This document shows, one piece after another, positions 57,945 to 64,000 of a stretch of DNA of 64,000 nucleotides; the stretch's first letter is position 1, and every line of letters begins with the position of its first letter. Under the pieces are notes generated by a model. It made no database searches. It was not told the DNA's origin and was given only the letters and a program-made list of their open reading frames with translations. The position numbers and the translations under genes were made by a program. Source of the stretch: Verrucomicrobiota bacterium (GTDB taxonomy: Bacteria; Verrucomicrobiota; Verrucomicrobiia; Opitutales; Cerasicoccaceae); NCBI GenBank assembly GCA_039818205.1, contig JBCBUK010000005.1, forward strand, positions 96,001 through 160,000, in the 5' to 3' direction.

Positions 57945-59351
57945 TTACTTCCGATAAACCACATCAATTTCGGGGCGATTGCGGCGCAGGCTCTCGACAG
58001 CTGGCTCACTTACCTTGGTTCCCGAAAGGAACAGCTTCTCCAGGCCATACAACTGCTCAATCGTCGCTAGGCCTTGATCGGATACTTGCGTGTCGTAAAG
58101 GTTCAAATATTTGAGTTTTGGGAGCTGCCCCAACGCGGCCAAATCAGTATCAGTTACGTTCGTTCCATCCAAGTGGAGACGCTCAAGATTCTCAAAACGA
58201 GTCACCCCATTGAAAAACCCATTGGGCAACTTCAGTTTACTACAGTCCAGCCAGATCAATTCGCTCTTGAGTGATCCAATTGCCTGCAGCGCGGTACCCA
58301 GTTGCTCTGGAAACACAACCCCAAGATCAACCCGTACGGAACCGTCCCCCCAAGCATTGTACTCGGCTTTTGCACCCGTTTGATTTATGGTGGCGATGGC
58401 CTTGTCGGTTGCTGGAGTTCCAACATTTGAATGGCTGCCTTTGGCCGCATCGAGCTCAGCCTGTGTCGGCCAATAGGCCCCAGCCGCGATCCAGTCGTGC
58501 ACGGCTTCAATGGCTTGCGGAGACAAACGCGGCTTCTTTGACGGTGGCATTACATCGTCGTCGTCCGCTGGCAAAAGAATCCGATAGTATAGCTCGCTCG
58601 CATTGGGATCCCCAGCGACGACGGGTTCCTTACGACCTCGGCCCACGGTCATGATCGCTTCCGCGCTATCGACCCGGTAGTCGCCTTTTTGCTTTGTCGC
58701 GCCATGGCATTCAAAGCAATTCCGCTCCAAAACGGCATGCGCTGCATTAAACAGCGCCACCTTGGGATCAACCGCAGCAATTGTCATCACCTGCGAATCC
58801 ATCCGCTCGCTGTTGGCCAAAACGCTTGGGGTCACCCCGCTCGATACCGTCGTCGAAGTTTGTGGGGGTTCGTTGGAACTTGATTCCTTGGGCGGTGGCG
58901 GCGCGGGTCGTTCGTCAGACTTGAAACCCTTGGTCAAAAAACCCTTACCGTGGACAAGCTCGCCTCCGAGATGCCCAGTCACCACCATGGCCCCGGTTGT
59001 CGCAATCAGCGCAACAACATAGACAGCAAGAACACCGGGATTCTTCTTCTTACGGCGCACCCAGCTAAGCACATAGGTGACCAAGGCACAGGCACCAAAA
59101 ATGAATCCCCAGCGTTCATGATCTTCAACTTCATCACCAAACTTTCCGGATTTCTCGTAGATCAGCCCTGAGCCAATCGCGAAAGCAGTCGTCAAGACGA
59201 ACAGGAAATAGAGCATCCCCAGGGCCGGCAACTTTCGGTCGTCCTTGTCTCGTAGGAATACTTCGACGAACAGAATGGCCGCCAGGACGCCGATCGGCAA
59301 GTGGAGCAGTACAATATGAAATGGTCCAAAGGGCAAAAGGAACTCAGGCAT
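57945..59351 (-). CDS. Membrane protein with DUF2231-like TM domain, planctomycete-type cytochrome c domain and leucine-rich repeats
   Basis: H..L.HLPIG, H..G..L.HG, CFECHG...KG..R.D, PG/AG.P..SEL..RI.LP..D.D.MPP, WI..GA.W, C-terminal L..L.L..T.V.D repeats. Confidence 0.88.
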   Translation of the reverse strand: MPEFLLPFGPFHIVLLHLPIGVLAAILFVEVFLRDKDDRKLPALGMLYFLFVLTTAFAIGSGLIYEKSGKFGDEVEDHERWGFIFGACALVTYVLSWVRRKKKNPGVLAVYVVALIATTGAMVVTGHLGGELVHGKGFLTKGFKSDERPAPPPPKESSSNEPPQTSTTVSSGVTPSVLANSERMDSQVMTIAAVDPKVALFNAAHAVLERNCFECHGATKQKGDYRVDSAEAIMTVGRGRKEPVVAGDPNASELYYRILLPADDDDVMPPSKKPRLSPQAIEAVHDWIAAGAYWPTQAELDAAKGSHSNVGTPATDKAIATINQTGAKAEYNAWGDGSVRVDLGVVFPEQLGTALQAIGSLKSELIWLDCSKLKLPNGFFNGVTRFENLERLHLDGTNVTDTDLAALGQLPKLKYLNLYDTQVSDQGLATIEQLYGLEKLFLSGTKVSEPAVESLRRNRPEIDVVYRK

Positions 59352-59363
59352 AAACTAAACGGA

Positions 59364-60647
59364 TTAGAATAATGCCGTAACCGGTTGTCCCTTATCCGCA
59401 ACCGTAAAAGGACGCCCACTAGGCGAATACACGACTTTTTCCAGAGGCAAGCCCAGGGAATAAGCAATTGTTGCGTTAAAGTCTGGAATCGTGACACGAT
59501 TTTCGACCACGGAGCCTCCACGCTCATCGGTTGAGCCATACACTTGACCGCCTTGTATACCGCCACCGGCCAACGCACATGAGAACGCCGACGGATGGTG
59601 ATTGCGGCCCGAGTTGCTATTTATCTCTGGGGAGCGGCCAAACTCGGTTGCGATGACGACGAGTGTCTCGTCAAGCAATCCACGGTAGTAAAGATCGTCA
59701 AGCAAGGCAGCAATCGACTGGTCCATCGGTGCGGTCAACTCTTCGACACGCTGGTGATTGTCGTCATGGGTATCCCACCCACCCGAGGTCACCTCAACGA
59801 AGCGGACCCCATGCTCAACCAAGCGCCGAGCAAGCAAACAACCTTTGCCAAACTTCGATTCACCATAAGTCTTTCGAACGCTTTGCGGCTCGTTGTTCAA
59901 ATCGAAGGCAGCGAGATCTTTGCTATTCATCAAGCGGATCGCGTCCGAATAAACATCGTTGTAGGCATTGACCTTCTTGGAGGAGTAATGTTTGTGGAAC
60001 GACAGGTCCATCATCTCGGCAATTGCGAGGCGCTCCCGCATCTCATTGTCATCCACGCTGTGATGCCGGTCCACGTAAGGCAGACCGTCATCCGGACTGC
60101 CTAGATGCAGCGGATCGTATTTTGCATTGAGGAAGCCCGCGCCGCCCGGAGCATTGTTACTCCCACCGATACGCACATTGCCCGGCAGGGTTGAATTTGT
60201 CCGCCCAGACATGCTCGTTAACCATGCGCCCAACCCAGGGTGCTTGATTGTCCCCCGCTGCGTGTAGCTGGTGTGCATGAAATAGGTACCGGGCTCGTGT
60301 GCTCCCTGGTTCGAGTGCATCGAACGGACGAGGGCCAGGTGATTCATACGCTTGGCCAGTTGGGGCAAGTAAGATGAGAACTGAACACCATCGACGTTGG
60401 TAGCAATGGTCTCAACCGGCCCCTGCTGATCCCAATCGGGCTTGGGATCAAAGGTATCGATGTGACTAATTCCACCACTCAGGTAAAGATAGATGACATT
60501 TCGGGCGGTCGGCCGTATGCCGCCCGTGGCAGCCAGCAGTGGATTAGCGCTCGTGGATGCCAAACCGACACCGAGCAATGCCTTGGCTGAATACTGCATG
60601 AACTTTCGGCGCGAAAGCTCATCAAGCTTGTTGAGTTCGTTATACAT
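59364..60647 (-). CDS. DUF1501 family protein (Tat-exported)
   Basis: SRRKFM Tat motif, GG.SH.DTFDPKP, AFDL..EP...R..YG...FG.GCLLARRLVE.GVRFVEV, GWDTH, TEFGR.P, GR.H. ATG 60647. Confidence 0.93.
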   Translation of the reverse strand: MYNELNKLDELSRRKFMQYSAKALLGVGLASTSANPLLAATGGIRPTARNVIYLYLSGGISHIDTFDPKPDWDQQGPVETIATNVDGVQFSSYLPQLAKRMNHLALVRSMHSNQGAHEPGTYFMHTSYTQRGTIKHPGLGAWLTSMSGRTNSTLPGNVRIGGSNNAPGGAGFLNAKYDPLHLGSPDDGLPYVDRHHSVDDNEMRERLAIAEMMDLSFHKHYSSKKVNAYNDVYSDAIRLMNSKDLAAFDLNNEPQSVRKTYGESKFGKGCLLARRLVEHGVRFVEVTSGGWDTHDDNHQRVEELTAPMDQSIAALLDDLYYRGLLDETLVVIATEFGRSPEINSNSGRNHHPSAFSCALAGGGIQGGQVYGSTDERGGSVVENRVTIPDFNATIAYSLGLPLEKVVYSPSGRPFTVADKGQPVTALF

Positions 60648-60673
60648 GGTCTTCTGGTCGCTAGGGTTCCACC

Positions 60674-63004
60674 TTACTGGATAAAGAGAAATTGTTGGGT
60701 GTTGAGCATGGCCCAAATGACTCGTTGCCGGGCCTTCTCCGGGTCCTTCTCAAAATGAGGCACGAGGGCGGCTGTTTCTTCCGGTGTCGGTTTGCGGGCG
60801 AGGAATCCAATGTAGAGGGTTTCCAATTTTTCCTCCGGCGTTTCAGCCAGACGCGCTTCGAGCACAGGCGCAGATCGATTGGCCAACAGATAGTTCGTCT
60901 GTGGCGAATTCATGAGAAACAGCGCTTGGAGAACATTAGCCGAGTTGTCGGAGTTCTCAATGAGTTCGCGATCCGACTGGCCAAAAACTTCGAGCAGGTG
61001 ACCGTTGCGTGAGGGCGAGGTCAACTCGGATGCTCGGCGAATCTGCTTTACCCATTTCTCATCGGCTTTGCTTTGTTTCTTATTGCTGTCGCCAGTCATC
61101 GTCATCGACATCATCATGCCTCCCATCATCGCGTCCTGCCCGGATTTGTCAGCATCTTCAAACTGATTTCCATTCAGCATGCCTCGCCAAACCTTGTTGG
61201 CCTGATTGCTCACCTTTCTCGCTTCTTTGAATTCTGGAGAACTCTTTTGCTTAGGATCATTGCGCATCTCGAGCCATACCTTACGGGTTGCCTGCTGCTC
61301 CTTGTAGACGTCAGTCGTTTCTTCGACATACTTTATTAGGTCGTTCGAACTCCACTGCGTCATATGCTCGATGATACCTGGCGGGCTTCCGCTTTCGTAG
61401 ACGATTCCTCGATCACCACTCCGGTAGGAAGGAATCAAGATATTGTCGATATCGGGCGTCATCAAGGTCGCGATTGAGTCCCAAATCTGCTCGGAAGACA
61501 TGCGTTGGAAGACCGGACCTTCGAGGTTATAATCATCCGCTAAATCCGGATCATCGATAACCGCACGGCGTTGAAAATACTCAGTATTGTAGACGATCCG
61601 CTGGAACTGTTTCAGGTCGTAGTCGAGCGCCTTCATCAACTCCTCAAGGTAGGCCATCAGCTCGGGAGAATCCGCCTCGGAAGCGGCCGTTAAATTGTCA
61701 ATGGGTTCGATCAAGCCCTTACCCATCGCATGCTTCCACATGCGATTTGCGATGACGTTTGTAAAACGCTCATTGTCGGGAGAAGTCATCCAGTTTGCGT
61801 AACCGTCGACACGAGATCCAGAGTCCTTCAAATACTTTGGGTCAATATCGCCGAACAACACATGGGGGTCAACGACCTCATTGGGGTAGGCATCGTCATA
61901 CTGATAGTCGTGCGGAAGTTGGAGCTCACGGTCAGTGTGTTGAACCCGCCAGCGCAGTGGCATCAACAACTCGCGACCGGCACTCGCTTGAGATGCCGCC
62001 TGATAACCTGGATTCTTTCCGCCGTTCTCCTTGCGCGCACGCTTGTTCAACTCCTTGAACACTGCCTGCAACTCCGGTGTGTCACGGGGAACGTTGATAC
62101 CCGCCTTTAATCCATAAGTAAACGAGGCGAGTTCGAAAAAATCTTTCTGCGTCCACTGATCCGTTGGGTGATCGTGGCATTGGGCACATTGCAGCTGAGT
62201 ACCCAAAAAGATCTGAGTCGTCATAGACATGTTGTCCAATGGCATCCCAAAATCTCGCAGATAGTAAGCGGTGGCCGGATTCTCCCAGGGATAACCTTCG
62301 GCAGTGAGCAACGAGCGAACAAACTCATCGTAAGGAACATTCTCCCGAATCTGATCTTTGACCCAAGGTGCGTAATAAACGCCGCCATAGCGAGCCCCCT
62401 GCTGCCCGGTCGTTTTGACGCGCAACACATCGGCCCACAAATTGAAGTTGTGGCTAACGTAACCGGGTGAGTCGAGCAACTTGTCAATCAACTCCGATCG
62501 TTTGTTCGCGTTTGGATCATCCAAAAAATGGACGGCTTCCGCATGGGTCGGAATGCGCCCGATGATCTTGAGGTAGGCCCGACGAAGGAACGTTGCGTCG
62601 TCAACAACGGGGCTCGGCTCAACCCCTTTCTGCTGCCAGTGATCTGCGAGCAAGTGATCAATGCGCCTACTCGCATTGAAGTGCTTTTCGCTCTTGGTAA
62701 CCGGAACGACCGTTGGTTGCGCAAAGCCAGTATACTCGTCCATACTGAGACGTCCGGCTTTGACTTCGGCCTTAATGTAATTCTGGTCCTTAACGGAAAA
62801 TTCGGAAAGCGGAATACTGAACGCTTTACCATCGCCAATGCGTTTAATGACCACCGTGCCCTGGTAAATCGAGTGCAACTCGGCATCAATCGTTTTACCG
62901 TCAACGTTAGTGAAAATACGCGCTTGGCTAAGAGGCGCTATCAAGAGTGCTGCCAACGCAATTGCCCATACCTGGGAACGTGAACAGATAAAATTTAAAT
63001 CCAT
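60674..63004 (-). CDS. DUF1549/DUF1553 (PSD1) protein with N-terminal SHD1-like domain
   Basis: RIFTN..GK.I.A...LS..DQ.YI; FLRRAYL..IGRIPT, W.D.LR, FLG..L.CAQCHDHP, NR.WK...G.G..EP.D, LE.FG..DR, QALF.MN, W..LNT..F.F. Confidence 0.92.
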   Translation of the reverse strand: MDLNFICSRSQVWAIALAALLIAPLSQARIFTNVDGKTIDAELHSIYQGTVVIKRIGDGKAFSIPLSEFSVKDQNYIKAEVKAGRLSMDEYTGFAQPTVVPVTKSEKHFNASRRIDHLLADHWQQKGVEPSPVVDDATFLRRAYLKIIGRIPTHAEAVHFLDDPNANKRSELIDKLLDSPGYVSHNFNLWADVLRVKTTGQQGARYGGVYYAPWVKDQIRENVPYDEFVRSLLTAEGYPWENPATAYYLRDFGMPLDNMSMTTQIFLGTQLQCAQCHDHPTDQWTQKDFFELASFTYGLKAGINVPRDTPELQAVFKELNKRARKENGGKNPGYQAASQASAGRELLMPLRWRVQHTDRELQLPHDYQYDDAYPNEVVDPHVLFGDIDPKYLKDSGSRVDGYANWMTSPDNERFTNVIANRMWKHAMGKGLIEPIDNLTAASEADSPELMAYLEELMKALDYDLKQFQRIVYNTEYFQRRAVIDDPDLADDYNLEGPVFQRMSSEQIWDSIATLMTPDIDNILIPSYRSGDRGIVYESGSPPGIIEHMTQWSSNDLIKYVEETTDVYKEQQATRKVWLEMRNDPKQKSSPEFKEARKVSNQANKVWRGMLNGNQFEDADKSGQDAMMGGMMMSMTMTGDSNKKQSKADEKWVKQIRRASELTSPSRNGHLLEVFGQSDRELIENSDNSANVLQALFLMNSPQTNYLLANRSAPVLEARLAETPEEKLETLYIGFLARKPTPEETAALVPHFEKDPEKARQRVIWAMLNTQQFLFIQ

Positions 63005-63213
63005 CGCGGTGAGAGGGTTGTCCTTGGGATTACACGAACTACTAACCAGTATTAAATTACCAGAAAAAGCATATCAAATTCTCGATAATAACATCTTTGC
63101 CGATCGTCATTCACGGTCAAACAAAACCCGATATCTAAAGATAGTGCCAAAGGCCGGCCGGAGTCGCAATATGTCTGTTACCATCATTAACTGGATCGAC
63201 GTTTCTAACGTCC

Positions 63214-64000
63214 TTGAAACACCGAAAACATGACAACGTTTTAAAATTCTCCCTCGTGCATCGCCTCACCTTCATCCTCGTATTGGCCACACTCGCCGCG
63301 GAAGCCAAACCTCCGATTCTCACGCCGCCGGAAACACCGATTCTCGGAGAGTTGGATCCGTACCTACTGCAAACGCTCTACAAGTCCAAAGACACGGATA
63401 CCGGTCTCGTTGAAATCATTGATGAAGAACGCTTTAATGAGTTAACCAGCAAACACGACCTGTCGCTATTCGGTGGTCCGATGCTGGGCTGCGTCAGCGA
63501 CACCAGTGCGAAATTCTGGGTCCGCACCCCAGGTTCCGCGAAGGTGCAAGTAATCGCAGGCGACCGCGTGAGCGAGACGATCGAAACTAAAGCCACGGAT
63601 GATTTCACGGGTGTCGTTGCGCTGACCGGTCTTGCTCCGCAAACGAGCTACCACTATGAAATTCTCGTCAACGGCAAGCCCGTCTTTGCCGAAGATTTAC
63701 CGTCTTTCACAACCTACCCAATGAAGCAGCAACCTGCGACTGTCTCCATTGGTTTTGGGGGCTGCGCCCGCTACAATCCACCCAGGGAACATATGTGGGA
63801 TGTCATCGCGGGCCACCAACTAGATGCTTTTCTCTTCCTCGGTGATAATGTCTACATCGACCTGCCCGAACACCGTACCAAGCAGCGGGTTCACTACTAC
63901 CGGCGCCAATTGCGCCCGGAGTTCCAACGATTCACTGCGTCGACTCCAATCTACAGTATCTACGACGACCACGATCTCGGAAAGAATGACAGCGCCGGTG
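63214..64000 (+). CDS. phoD: Alkaline phosphatase D family protein, truncated at the window end
   Basis: Not in the ORF track because it has no stop in the window. Frame reads GPMLG...FWVRT...GL.PQT.Y.Y...FGGC...FLGDNVYID...YDDHDLGKND. Start uncertain (TTG 63214 or GTG 63256). Confidence 0.88.
   Translation, partial: MKHRKHDNVLKFSLVHRLTFILVLATLAAEAKPPILTPPETPILGELDPYLLQTLYKSKDTDTGLVEIIDEERFNELTSKHDLSLFGGPMLGCVSDTSAKFWVRTPGSAKVQVIAGDRVSETIETKATDDFTGVVALTGLAPQTSYHYEILVNGKPVFAEDLPSFTTYPMKQQPATVSIGFGGCARYNPPREHMWDVIAGHQLDAFLFLGDNVYIDLPEHRTKQRVHYYRRQLRPEFQRFTASTPIYSIYDDHDLGKNDSAG

Noticed and set aside
1..64000. tRNA, rRNA, CRISPR, IS/transposase, prophage or known defence genes
   Set aside because: None recognised by eye; tRNAscan, Infernal and DefenseFinder would be needed to exclude them formally.

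Overview
This is gene-dense chromosomal DNA from a marine-type Verrucomicrobiota bacterium, most likely Opitutia/Puniceicoccales. That assignment is inferred from PEP-CTERM proteins, Cys-type sulfatases, DUF1501/DUF1549 genes and a GH16 agarase. I recognised no rRNA, tRNA, CRISPR array, IS or prophage. Contents: three sulfatases, a PKD/FG-GAP/cadherin surface protein, two PEP-CTERM proteins, gluQ, a CDF transporter, exbD-exbD-polX, a split arnA(decarboxylase)-arnD pair, an ECF sigma/anti-sigma/DUF3106 module, a caa3-type cytochrome c oxidase operon with ctaG, DUF420 and an azurin-like lipoprotein nearby, feoAB, a beta-agarase, a fused nirBD, a two-component pair, a DUF1549-DUF1501-cytochrome c-MFS-apbE cluster and a truncated phoD. 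The best candidates for poorly described biology are four. (1) A DUF2760 + two atypical Hsp70 triad, where DUF2760 looks like a membrane-anchored GrpE-like factor. (2) A circularly permuted acyl-carrier-like protein lacking the phosphopantetheine Ser, next to a PhoD that has lost its metal ligands, downstream of an ECF module with two matching promoter motifs. (3) Approximately 120-aa insertions in oxidase subunits II and III. (4) The DUF1549/DUF1501/cytochrome c cluster linked to ApbE. All family assignments come from motif recognition by eye; no database search was run. Several start codons were adjusted from the ORF track.
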